Notes: generated from the sequence alone by a model not told the origin. A stretch of 64,000 nt of DNA from Anaerolineaceae bacterium (GCA_040772945.1 JAXGXE010000001.1:1012862-1076861); one strand, 5' to 3'. Shown: positions 26,801 to 35,592, counted from the first letter of the stretch. Program-made: numbers and translations.

Positions 26801-29132
26801 GCGCTTTGGCTTCAGGTTGATCGAGGAGGTAGATGTAATCCTCATAAGCTTCTTCAAGCTGTCCAAGCCTGGCTTTTACATCGCTTTCTAAAAGCCTCAT
26901 TTCAAAATTAGCGTCGAAGGTTGCTGTGCGGTCTTGTAAACTTGGGAGCAATTCCTGCAGATCTGACATAGTTTGTGTCGATTTTTCGTCATCTTGTTCT
27001 GATAATGTCAGCAGGTTGCGGATGTAAGCCACCAGGGACTCATTGCTTTTTAGACTTTGCCAGGCGAATTTATAAATAACGTTAGCGCGTTGGTTTTCTT
27101 TTCCAGCAGCGAGTGTTTCTGCCAGTACCAAAGCCAATTGAGGATTGCTGTTAAATTCGCTTTCAAAGGGCACAATGGTATCCCAGGCTTCTTCGGTTTT
27201 GCCTTGATTAAGCAAAGCCTTGGTCAAAGCAATACTCGCATCCATACTGTCAGGTTGAATGCCCAAGGCTTGTTTGAGAGTATGCGCCGCTTCGGAGGAT
27301 TGACCATGGTCGAGGTAAAGCTTACCCAGAGCGTAAAGGATTTGAGCGTCATCGGGTAAAACGACCTGTGCTTTTTGCAATGTGCTTAAGGCTTGATCGG
27401 TTTCGCCAAGATTATTCCAAATGCGTGCCAGGGCAAGCCAGCTATCCGTTTTTTCTGGAGCCAAGGCTGACGCTTGTTTGAGGAGGCCGCGAGCTTCATC
27501 AGTGCGCTCACTTTGGATGAGTGCTTCACTGAGAATGACCATTGCTTCACCATCCAGCGCGTCCTGAGATAAATAGTCTTGCGCGATTGGGATAGCGATA
27601 TCGGGTTGACCGGCATCAATAGCAAGTTTGGCATAATAGAGCGAATCTTCACGGGAAACTGATGTATCGCTCTCAATTACCTGGCTGAAGGTTTCAAGCG
27701 CTTTTTGTGGTTCATGCGCTTTGATATAAAGTTGTGTAAGCTCTTGTTTATACTCACGGTTTTTGGGTTCCAGTATTGAAAGCATACTGAAGTTCTGAAT
27801 CGCTTCAGGTAAATAAGCCAATCGTTGCTGGATTTGCCCCGCGAGTTCAATAGCCGCGATATCGTTTGGGTTTTCGAATAAAGCTTTGTTGATTAATTCG
27901 TTGGCAACTGCAAAGTTTTTGACTTTGGCAGAAAATTCAGCAGCAAGTTGTTTGTCAGTTTTACTCAAAAACCGGGATTTCTGGTTCGTCGTGAAAATAT
28001 TGAGTTGCTCAGGGTCAAATTCATGCTCAAAATTGGGTTGAATTGCAGCAAACTGAGGATGGCGAACGGAGAAAAGCCATCTCGTCGTGTTATCAGAGAG
28101 CGTGTTGAGCAAATAGAGTGCTTGATGCACATCGCCTTTGGCAATGAGAAATTCAGCATATTCGCTGATGTAAGTTTCGTTGTCAGGATCCAGGCTGAGA
28201 ATTTCCTCCCAAGTCTTGAGGGCTTCATCAGGCTGGATTTTTTCGAGGTCTTTCGCGGTTTTTTGAAGAAAAGCAACGCGTTCTTTTTTGTGTTCTTCAC
28301 GGGATTTATCAAAAGAACTGATCGCATCCTGGTTCAGACCGGCAAATTGCTCCAATTGTCCACGGGTTCTCAAATCTTCTATAGAAAGCTTTTGCTCTGC
28401 ATCAAAAACTTTTTCATGCTCTTCAGATAAAAATGTCTGGGCGAGCCCTTGCACAAGCTCAATATTTTCCGGATCATCCAAGGCGCGGAGTAAGGCGAGT
28501 TGAAAGTCTTTTGAAGAGTCTAATGAGAGCGTGCTAAAGAATTGGAAACGTTCTTCATCGTCCATTGAAGTTGTGAAAACTACGTGCTTTATTAGTTTGG
28601 CAACCTTGTCCAGCTTTTGAAGAGGAACTTCGTCGATGAGGGTAATTAATGCTTGGTCGTAGTCATTAGCCAAAGCCGGGAGGACCACAAAGGCTGTCTT
28701 CCAAAGCTCAAGTCCTTTGTTCTCTCCGTCAATAAAGTCTAATAATCCATTCCAGCTTTGATGCTCAACGCGGTAATCGCGCAGCGTCAATGCCAACAGC
28801 GCGACATCGCTAAGAGAACTGGGCTCAAGCCCAGTTACTCGGATAGCCTTAAGCAGTTCTTCACTCTTATGCTTGAGTTCATCAGGAACAGTTGTAAATA
28901 ATTCCTGGTAGTCTTCGAAAAACAGACCAGGTCTTAAACTGAATAGAGAAAAGGTGCTGACCTGCCATTTGTCTTGGTCATTACCAGCAAATGCAATCCA
29001 ATCCTCTGGATGCTCAAGGGTGGCGAGCGCCTTCCAAACCAAATGATCCTGTCGAAAACTGCTAATCAACTGGCGCTGGGTTTTTTGATTGAAATGCGTT
29101 TTGAGATGTGATAAAAACCAGTCAATTCCCAT
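23805..29132 (-). CDS. Giant tetratricopeptide-repeat protein (~1775 aa)
   Basis: After a non-repetitive head of about 270 aa, the protein consists of TPR-like A/L/Y/E-rich helical pairs along its whole length. No signal peptide. The track start is TTG at 29144; the ATG at 29132 follows a GGAGGA Shine-Dalgarno. Confidence 0.85.
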   Translation of the reverse strand: MGIDWFLSHLKTHFNQKTQRQLISSFRQDHLVWKALATLEHPEDWIAFAGNDQDKWQVSTFSLFSLRPGLFFEDYQELFTTVPDELKHKSEELLKAIRVTGLEPSSLSDVALLALTLRDYRVEHQSWNGLLDFIDGENKGLELWKTAFVVLPALANDYDQALITLIDEVPLQKLDKVAKLIKHVVFTTSMDDEERFQFFSTLSLDSSKDFQLALLRALDDPENIELVQGLAQTFLSEEHEKVFDAEQKLSIEDLRTRGQLEQFAGLNQDAISSFDKSREEHKKERVAFLQKTAKDLEKIQPDEALKTWEEILSLDPDNETYISEYAEFLIAKGDVHQALYLLNTLSDNTTRWLFSVRHPQFAAIQPNFEHEFDPEQLNIFTTNQKSRFLSKTDKQLAAEFSAKVKNFAVANELINKALFENPNDIAAIELAGQIQQRLAYLPEAIQNFSMLSILEPKNREYKQELTQLYIKAHEPQKALETFSQVIESDTSVSREDSLYYAKLAIDAGQPDIAIPIAQDYLSQDALDGEAMVILSEALIQSERTDEARGLLKQASALAPEKTDSWLALARIWNNLGETDQALSTLQKAQVVLPDDAQILYALGKLYLDHGQSSEAAHTLKQALGIQPDSMDASIALTKALLNQGKTEEAWDTIVPFESEFNSNPQLALVLAETLAAGKENQRANVIYKFAWQSLKSNESLVAYIRNLLTLSEQDDEKSTQTMSDLQELLPSLQDRTATFDANFEMRLLESDVKARLGQLEEAYEDYIYLLDQPEAKAPRFYQHLQRQIGLVAFDLGFEDIAMASLQEAVSFNANDLTSRHALSHAYLKSGLIDEAISSAQTALQLASTDPENVLWYAKFMQMNQRPHDAIQALKDAVYLRSEEQILHLSLAQIYLENNAIDESKITLSKMLETSDISTSDYLKVASLYMQMNESKLATEILERAISENENLNYFQCCEIAYALLDNQQSSIALDFLNKVKQKHAHQPGFSILRADAYAEDKQYQPALQSLEPLLKRAEEGNTDFLQSSFSPNLSHGYLPFDLSNLQLRAALLHRAMGNYTEAIKHAHLSLKSDPGNSNAQLIKTELALSTAEQYELNNTLESLNNKAQLSSTDIDIIRILTLDALLNVDMTKAGLLFENFLSKDEQNLISMAVGVLTTENQQQSHQAMAFLQIMKDRQASQPEEEHPNLAKLQEFSSLWEKCAVAIVAWRMLDWDFADQIFRQCLRICDSNPRLNLTLAEYLADKARMKALSKTLKVSKRLAKNLNDTKSDEALFDERLSMAKGIIPADSVVAVEIIGKAQFTGHLPEETNLDTLLYSRKLAIQAVAVTKNPGIISQIMAAHPHDDDLQFQYAIKLLDRQPANAVEILNKIPIIQSRQALYHVALAIAQADQPQEAEEAIQRALSIWPDEPEWLALLAMFQKQQNKLSDAKDSISMAIELEPNNSQYWHSLGEIKWLEKDYHAAIKDYEKANTLKPNAIPVLEALADLNRQLGEYKKSIEYQKELLILEPGNLNALESLAELHFIIQEYDQAIVYADQVIDSSLKCERALKVKIESLIVRQSFDEAKKLAQDAMLIAKDPIAFEIYRIRIEARDNPATGLRMATSLAHEHPDYPNVLNLLAQYQLLLDQSKNAEKTLLQSLKLENKNAETLLALGALYRLYNQHDTAQVYLKQAIEENPSLIEAYLELGQSYEDQRLNEQALKTYNKAIEQVSKDPRAYVHAANAYKASRDFRSAELMLQKAAQLAPTDQSIRRQLAAIVAQNLLNNLQEATKRK

Positions 29133-29147
29133 TATGTCCTCCAACGC

Positions 29148-29480
29148 TTACGCGGCACTGAACAAAACAGGTTTCAACAGAAAGTAAGCGACTGCAAGTA
29201 AAACCAAACCAAGAAAAACAAAGAAAATGCCGATACCTGTATTGGATTGGGTCAGATCATTCAATGAACTTAAAAGCATTGACGCGTTACCAACCAGACC
29301 CGATACGCCATCGACGAGACCCTTTTGGGCTAACTTCGCTGTTGATTCCGCGATAGTACGAATGTTTTTATTCATTGCCTGGCGCGCGAGAATGATAATG
29401 CTGATTACAACGCAAATAATGCCCAGCAAAAAAATGATACCAGCAATGGTAATAACGATTTGGACATTGTTTTCTAACAT
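29148..29480 (-). CDS. Small two-helix membrane protein, first gene behind the sigma-54 promoter
   Basis: 110 aa with hydrophobic helices at both ends. A GAGGAG Shine-Dalgarno precedes the ATG. Confidence 0.6.
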   Translation of the reverse strand: MLENNVQIVITIAGIIFLLGIICVVISIIILARQAMNKNIRTIAESTAKLAQKGLVDGVSGLVGNASMLLSSLNDLTQSNTGIGIFFVFLGLVLLAVAYFLLKPVLFSAA

Positions 29481-29514
29481 AGTAACTCCTCTATAGTTCC
29501 TTCAAGTCCTATGT

Positions 29515-29530
29515 TGCAACTACTATGCCA
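29515..29530 (-). promoter_or_regulatory. Sigma-54 (-24/-12) promoter
   Basis: The minus strand reads TGGCATAGTAGTTGCA, which is TGGCA-N6-TTGCA with exact GG-N10-GC spacing. It lies in the 58-nt gap between the stop of the enhancer-binding-protein gene (29539) and the next ATG (29480). Confidence 0.75.
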
Positions 29531-29538
29531 AACAGGGT

Positions 29539-30726
29539 CTATGATGAGCTTTTCCGCTTATAGTTTACAATCTCCAAAGGCAGGTGATTGAGCTCGATAA
29601 TGGGGTCATCACAGAATAAAACTGCCCGCTCGATGGTGTTGCTAAGCTCACGGATATTTCCGGGCCAGTCGTAATTAACAAGTGCTTCCATCGCTCTGGG
29701 ACTGATATCAATGATGTTTGAACCCTGGCGCATATTGAAGCGGCGAACAAAGTAGCCAACCAGTTCAGGAATGTCATCTTTGCGTTTCACGAGTGTCGGA
29801 AGATCCAGGTCAACGACTTTGAGACGGTAGTAGAGGTCTTCACGGAATTCATGTTTTTCAATCATTCTGCGAAGATCACGGTTTGACGCGGCAATGATTT
29901 GCACGTCCACCTTAATCAGGTTTGTGCCTCCTACACGGCGGAACGAGCGTTCTTCAAGCGCGCGCAGGAATTTGGCTTGCAGATCAATTGGCATAGACGA
30001 AATTTCATCCAGGAACAAAATGCCACCATCAGCGACTTCCATTAAGCCTATTCTGCGTTGGGTCGCGCCGGTGAATGCTCCCGATTCATGACCAAACAGC
30101 TCTGATTCAAACATGGTGGGCTGTATTGCCGGGCAGTTAATATCAATGAAAGGTTTGTTTGCTCTTGGTCCGCTTTGGTGGATGAACCGTGCCAAAACTT
30201 CTTTGCCTGTCCCAGTCGGCCCAGTAATAAGCGCTGACACGCCCATTTCAGAAGCGCGACGGGCTAATTCGACAACATGAGCCATTTCTGGTGATGTGCC
30301 AATAATGAATTGTACATTCTTGCCTTGTGACGCGCGCCAATGATTGAGTTCGCGGCGCATACTGATCATGTCGTTGGCGCGTTTAACGGCGGCTTCTAAC
30401 TTGATGAGATCAAGAGGTTTCTCGATAAAGTCTTGCGCGCCGGCTTTCATCGCGTCAACAGCCATGCTTACTTCACCATGCGCGGTGATGATAATCACCT
30501 GTGGGCGCATCGGTAAGGTGGCGACATCTTCCAAAAGATGGGGCCCATAGCCGTCTGGCAGCTGGACATCCAAAATGATGACATCCGCCTTGCCTTCAGC
30601 AATCACTTTACGGGCATCGGCTAAGGTACCTGCTTCAATAACTTCGTAGCCTTTCGTGCGCAAATAATTACTTATTACCATTCGCGCGGTTTCTTCATCG
30701 TCAACGACTAAAATGCTATTTGTCAT
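29539..30726 (-). CDS. Sigma-54-dependent response regulator (REC plus AAA+ activator) lacking a C-terminal HTH DNA-binding domain
   Basis: 395 aa. REC domain (VVDDEE, IILDVQLPDGYG), Walker A GPTGTGKE, GAFTGA loop (ESGAFTGA), Walker B ILFLDEI. The protein ends about 35 aa after PGNIRELSN. Confidence 0.85.
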   Translation of the reverse strand: MTNSILVVDDEETARMVISNYLRTKGYEVIEAGTLADARKVIAEGKADVIILDVQLPDGYGPHLLEDVATLPMRPQVIIITAHGEVSMAVDAMKAGAQDFIEKPLDLIKLEAAVKRANDMISMRRELNHWRASQGKNVQFIIGTSPEMAHVVELARRASEMGVSALITGPTGTGKEVLARFIHQSGPRANKPFIDINCPAIQPTMFESELFGHESGAFTGATQRRIGLMEVADGGILFLDEISSMPIDLQAKFLRALEERSFRRVGGTNLIKVDVQIIAASNRDLRRMIEKHEFREDLYYRLKVVDLDLPTLVKRKDDIPELVGYFVRRFNMRQGSNIIDISPRAMEALVNYDWPGNIRELSNTIERAVLFCDDPIIELNHLPLEIVNYKRKSSS

Positions 30727-32689
30727 TTTTCTCCTCTAATGTCGCCATGGGTAGCAAAACACGGAACATTGTGCCACCCGGGTAGCTTTCAACAAAAATA
30801 TTGCCTTTATGCGCGGTCACAATCCGCTTGGTAATCGCTAAGCCTAATCCTGTACCTGTCGATTTGGTCGTTTGAAAAGGCTCAAAAATATGTTTTATAA
30901 GGTCATCGGGAATGCCAGTCCCAGAATCGGCAACGCATACTTCGTACTGTGGGGGCTGGCTGTCTTCAGCCGGTTTAATACTGATGCTTAACGTACCGCC
31001 ATCAGAATCCATTGCCTGGATGCCGTTACTAATGAGGTTCACAAAGACCTGTTCAATAGCGCGACCATCAGCAAGGACAATCGCGTTTGGCGGTTCTGAT
31101 TCAAAAAGATAGGAAATATTCAGGCGGGTCATTCGAGGACCCCAGCGCTCAAGGATGTTTTCAAGCAGGGATGTGAGATTCAAGGGCAATGGCTGATATT
31201 CAATGGGTTTGGCAAAGGTGAGCGTCGAGTCGGTAAGGTGGGTTAATCGTTGGCAATCCTGCTGCAAACGCATCACCAGGTTGTAATTTGGGTCTTCAGG
31301 TGCCATGGTCATGCCCATAAATTGCAGCCCGGTTGAGATGCTGTTGATGGGGTTTTTAACTTCATGAGCAAAAACAGCCGATACTTCGCCCAAAAACGCT
31401 CGCTGTTCAAGTTGTCTGCTGTGTTGCAAAAGTTGTTCAGTCTGGCTTAAATCACGTAGCAAAATGATGATGCTTTTAACCTGATCATCAATGCTAACAG
31501 GGACACAGGTCAACTGGGCAGGGAAGGCGTTTCCGTGCCGGTCATTGAGCAAGAGATTCGTGCCGGCAATCGTGCTGATGCCTTGTTGTGCCGATTTATA
31601 AAGCTTGGCGAGGCTTTCATTGCCAATGAGCACCATGGTGATGTCCTGCAGGTAGACTTCATTAGCGGCATAACCCAGGATATTTTCCGCAGCGAAATTC
31701 ATCTCCGCAATTCGCAAGTCCGGCGTCAGCACAATCAACCCTTCACTCATGTTTTCAGTTATGCCTCGTTCAATTTGCACGATGTGACGCATGGTTTGAA
31801 GACGTTTGCTGGCGTTTTCGAGTGCCATGAGCCTGGCATAGGCTGTTTTGGTATGGTTCGCCAGAACCGATAAAAAGCGCATAGTTTCAGTACTGGGTAT
31901 AGGCGTGAGTCCTGTGGCAAAGAGGATAGAAAAACACACTTTATCATCCCTGACTGGTAACAAGACAGCGTAGTTGAAGTCCTTTGAAAGCGTGAATTCG
32001 TGCAAGGGATGTTCTGGTGCCTGGTCTGACTGCCACAAAAAATGATAAGCAGGAATTTTGGCGGTGTCTAAGCCTGCTTTTTTAGGCAGTTGTGAGCAGT
32101 TGAAATGTGAGGGCAAATCCTGCTTTATGAAGGCATTCTTATTATCTGATTGCGGTAAGTAAAGCCCAAGAATGGGCGCGTTGAGCACTTTTTTTGCAAT
32201 CTCGGAGCATGTAAGCCATAAACCTTTGGAAGAGTTTTGCTCATTCAAGTTGTTCAGCAACGAGAAAGGATCCATCATATCTATCTGGCTTGACATGATG
32301 GTGTTTTCAGAACTCTGAGGGTCAAAATCGGGTGGATAGAACGCCAGGACAACCAGGCTGTTTGTCACATTGAGCGAAAACACCCGCATTGCTGATTGCA
32401 CAAGGTCTCCATCTGCGAGTCTCAGCCGGACTGGTCGCGTGTCATCCCCAGTGACGTTTGTGTCAGTTTCTTCTGGGAGGAGATCTATGAGATGCATCGT
32501 TGGCAATTCTTCATCTGAAAAATGGCATAAGTCAAAAAACTTGTTGTTTGCCATAAGGATATAGTCGAGATCGCGTCTATAAACAATCGCCGCGGTCGGG
32601 ATAAGATTTAAGATTCGAGAATGCCGCAAAAAATCCAGCTCAGTTGAATCGACACGGTTCGCGTCGGGAAGTGGCAAACGGGCTTGCAC
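30716..32689 (-). CDS. Cytoplasmic PAS/GAF-type sensor histidine kinase
   Basis: 657 aa. H-box FAHEVKNPINSI, ATPase boxes NLISNGIQAM, DSGTGIP and GTGLGLAI. No transmembrane segment. The GTG start lies 4 nt after the rpoN stop. Confidence 0.85.
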   Translation of the reverse strand: MQARLPLPDANRVDSTELDFLRHSRILNLIPTAAIVYRRDLDYILMANNKFFDLCHFSDEELPTMHLIDLLPEETDTNVTGDDTRPVRLRLADGDLVQSAMRVFSLNVTNSLVVLAFYPPDFDPQSSENTIMSSQIDMMDPFSLLNNLNEQNSSKGLWLTCSEIAKKVLNAPILGLYLPQSDNKNAFIKQDLPSHFNCSQLPKKAGLDTAKIPAYHFLWQSDQAPEHPLHEFTLSKDFNYAVLLPVRDDKVCFSILFATGLTPIPSTETMRFLSVLANHTKTAYARLMALENASKRLQTMRHIVQIERGITENMSEGLIVLTPDLRIAEMNFAAENILGYAANEVYLQDITMVLIGNESLAKLYKSAQQGISTIAGTNLLLNDRHGNAFPAQLTCVPVSIDDQVKSIIILLRDLSQTEQLLQHSRQLEQRAFLGEVSAVFAHEVKNPINSISTGLQFMGMTMAPEDPNYNLVMRLQQDCQRLTHLTDSTLTFAKPIEYQPLPLNLTSLLENILERWGPRMTRLNISYLFESEPPNAIVLADGRAIEQVFVNLISNGIQAMDSDGGTLSISIKPAEDSQPPQYEVCVADSGTGIPDDLIKHIFEPFQTTKSTGTGLGLAITKRIVTAHKGNIFVESYPGGTMFRVLLPMATLEEKNDK

Positions 32690-32692
32690 GAT

Positions 32693-34105
32693 TTATGACC
32701 TCGGTTGACTGTGTTTTTGACGTAAATGGGCTGGCAAAATGCCTTCCATTGAGCGGTATTTCGCGACAGTACGACGGGCAATGCTTATTCCGCGTTCCGC
32801 TAAAATGTCCTGGATTTCTGAATCGCTGTAGGGGGTGTCTTCACCGTCAATAATGGATTTAATTTCAGCGCGAGTGGCTAAGCTGCGGTCAAAAAAGACG
32901 GACATCGGTACAATGCGCTTGTTGGGTAACTGCACTGTTTTAGCGGATACCGCACGAGAGATGGTTGATTCATGCACATCCAGTTCTTGTGCCAGTTGCG
33001 CCCGGGTGAGTGCTTTCATGGCCTTATCCCCAGAGATGATGTAATCCTTTTGGTGAATGAGCAATCTTTCCAACAGTAATCGCAATGCGTTTGAGCGTTG
33101 TTGGATACATTTAATTAACAAAGAGGCTTTTTCAATGTCGCTACGCCATTCATCGGCTTTGTTTTCGTCCATTTCTTTCGTGGAGGATTTGAAAAGCGGA
33201 TTGACGCGCAATGTGCCACGGATTGGCAGGATAATTTCAACGACCAAAGGGTTTTTAGGGTTATCGTTGAGGTAATAAATAAGTACATCTGGCTGATGAA
33301 AAACATCTGGTGCGACAGGGCTGGGGTTACGCACGTCTCCCCAATGAGCTCGTGCTGGGAAAGGATTAAGGTTCTCAGTAATGAAACTTGAGATCGTCCG
33401 AATTTGCTGGCTTGTGGTGCCAAGTTGTTTGGCTATCTCAGAGAAGTTTTGGTGACTAAGCTTAGGTAAAAAGTCCCGGATGACATCGCGAGTATGTTCC
33501 GGCACTTTGATTGTTTCAGCCAGGGCGTCAATTTGCGCCAACATCGCCTCTTGTGGGTTGGCAGAACAAACGCCAATGGGGTCACATCGCTTAAGCCGTT
33601 CTATAATTTCACTCACTTCAGAAGGTAAACGATGATGGTAGCGGGCAACTTCCATGGCAGTGGTGGTGAGGAAACCATCTTCATCGAGGTGGTTGAGGAT
33701 ATAAGCGGTTATCAAGCGATCTTCAACGGGTAAATCAGCAGCGACCTGGCGCAAGACATAGGTAGCAAGGTCAACAGATTCGGAAGCATAATGCTCTTCG
33801 GGCACTTGTTCAGTGCTCGCGCCAGAACCTGTATAGAAATCCTCGCGGGGTGAAATGAAGATGATGGGGTCGTCTGAATCATAGCTGGCAGGCTGACTAC
33901 AGATAGGGCAAGGACCCGTGGGGGGTAACAAACGCTTACACATCGGACAACGACGCTCTTCAATCAGTTCCAAAGCGGGATTGGAGCCCAGCTCAGATTC
34001 GATTCTTTCACGCAACTCAGTAGCTGTGAGGCCGAGCAGGGTCATTGTTTGTGCCAGATGGGCTGAAGTTGTGGTTGTGATCTGTTGATAAGGCAGCTGT
34101 AACAT
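32693..34105 (-). CDS. rpoN: RNA polymerase sigma-54 factor with a CxxC..CxxC insertion
   Basis: 470 aa. RpoN box ARRTVAKYR, HTH ..HESTISRAVS.., region I LAQTMTLLGLTATELRERIESELGSNPALE. The insertion is CPMCKRLLPPTGPCPIC. Confidence 0.9.
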   Translation of the reverse strand: MLQLPYQQITTTTSAHLAQTMTLLGLTATELRERIESELGSNPALELIEERRCPMCKRLLPPTGPCPICSQPASYDSDDPIIFISPREDFYTGSGASTEQVPEEHYASESVDLATYVLRQVAADLPVEDRLITAYILNHLDEDGFLTTTAMEVARYHHRLPSEVSEIIERLKRCDPIGVCSANPQEAMLAQIDALAETIKVPEHTRDVIRDFLPKLSHQNFSEIAKQLGTTSQQIRTISSFITENLNPFPARAHWGDVRNPSPVAPDVFHQPDVLIYYLNDNPKNPLVVEIILPIRGTLRVNPLFKSSTKEMDENKADEWRSDIEKASLLIKCIQQRSNALRLLLERLLIHQKDYIISGDKAMKALTRAQLAQELDVHESTISRAVSAKTVQLPNKRIVPMSVFFDRSLATRAEIKSIIDGEDTPYSDSEIQDILAERGISIARRTVAKYRSMEGILPAHLRQKHSQPRS

Positions 34106-34137
34106 GAGCTTTCCTTCCTGAAAAAAGTGTCGCGTTA

Positions 34138-35517
34138 GTGCAAGAATTATACCAGAGAAAATCAGGGATGCGCTATAATAGTCAAAACAAAAAAGGACTT
34201 ATATTGGATAGTTTATTTGAAACTGAAGAACAACTCGAAAAAGCCGTGATGGTGGGCGTATGGTTGGGCAAGAACAACGAATCGACCCTAAACCTTGAAG
34301 GCTCCCTTGAAGAATTGGCATTTCTGGCAGAAACAGCTGGTATTGAAGTGGTAGGGGAAATCACCCAAAATTTAATCCATCCTAACCCTAAAACTTACAT
34401 TGGTTCTGGAAAGGTTGAAGAACTTAAATTGCTTGTTGAGGAACTGGGCGCGGATATGATTTTGTTTGATGATGAACTTTCGCCAAGACATCAACGCGAG
34501 CTTGAAGAAGTTTTTGGGAATAAAACGAAGGTCATTGATCGAACCGCTTTGATTTTGGATATTTTCGCGTTGCATGCGGATACAGCTGAAGGAAAATTGC
34601 AAGTAGAGCTGGCTCAGCTGCATTACCGCTTGCCCCGTTTGACCCGCGCCTGGACCCATCTCGCCAGACAAGCTGGCGGTGGCGCTGGGCGTACCGGTAG
34701 TGTGGGTGGCGTGGGTTTGCGTGGGCCTGGTGAAACCCAGCTTGAAACCGACCGACGAGAAATCCAAAAGCGAATCACCAAGCTTGAAGATGAGCTTGAA
34801 AAGGTTCGCGAACGCCGTGCCCGCCACCGCAGCCAACGTAAGAAAAGCAATGTACCCATTGTGGCATTGGTTGGTTACACTAACGCGGGCAAATCGACTT
34901 TGCTGAATGCGATAACGAACTCGGAAATTTATGTCGCAGATCAACTCTTCGCCACATTGGATCCTACAATCCGACAACTTCAGCTGCCGGGTGGAACTGA
35001 GATCTTAGTATCTGATACAGTGGGGTTTATTCAAAAGCTGCCTACACAATTGGTAGCAGCCTTCCGCGCGACGCTGGAAGAAATAAAAGAGGCGGATTTG
35101 CTTTTGCACATCGTGGATGTTTCGCATGAGCATCACCAGGAGCAGAGCTATTCCGTTTTGGAAACGTTGAGGGAAATCGAGGCTGGGGATATCCCCATTT
35201 TGACCGTTTACAACAAAATTGATCTTTTGGACGAAGAAACGCTTAGCAATCTGGAAACGTCTTCTGAAGAAATGTCCTACTTCATCTCTGCCCGAACCGG
35301 AGAAGGGGTGGAAGCCCTGCAGGAAGCTATAGCAGATGAGCTTTTTTCCGAGCAGAGTTTGCTGAAGGTATTGTTGCCTTATTCAGAGGGCAGATTGGTA
35401 TCCATCTTTCACGAACGGGGCAACGTGATCAATGTGGAGCATTTGGAAGAGGGCATCTTGATTTATGGTCGCCTTCCCAGGGAAACCAGACCCTATTTTA
35501 CGGATTACATGCAATAG
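34138..35517 (+). CDS. hflX: GTPase HflX
   Basis: 459 aa with the HflX N-domain and G-domain motif GYTNAGKSTLLN. The track start is GTG; an ATG alternative is at 34168. Confidence 0.9.
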   Translation: MQELYQRKSGMRYNSQNKKGLILDSLFETEEQLEKAVMVGVWLGKNNESTLNLEGSLEELAFLAETAGIEVVGEITQNLIHPNPKTYIGSGKVEELKLLVEELGADMILFDDELSPRHQRELEEVFGNKTKVIDRTALILDIFALHADTAEGKLQVELAQLHYRLPRLTRAWTHLARQAGGGAGRTGSVGGVGLRGPGETQLETDRREIQKRITKLEDELEKVRERRARHRSQRKKSNVPIVALVGYTNAGKSTLLNAITNSEIYVADQLFATLDPTIRQLQLPGGTEILVSDTVGFIQKLPTQLVAAFRATLEEIKEADLLLHIVDVSHEHHQEQSYSVLETLREIEAGDIPILTVYNKIDLLDEETLSNLETSSEEMSYFISARTGEGVEALQEAIADELFSEQSLLKVLLPYSEGRLVSIFHERGNVINVEHLEEGILIYGRLPRETRPYFTDYMQ

Positions 35518-35561
35518 TCACCCGGCTATTCTTCAACAGCTCCAAATCATTAAACAAAAAA

Positions 35562-35592
35562 AGACCAGTAACAAACCACTGGTCTGATTTTT
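35562..35592. terminator. Bidirectional terminator between hflX and rpmF
   Basis: Hairpin AGACCAGT-N8-ACTGGTCT with an A-run upstream and a T6 run downstream. Confidence 0.7.
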
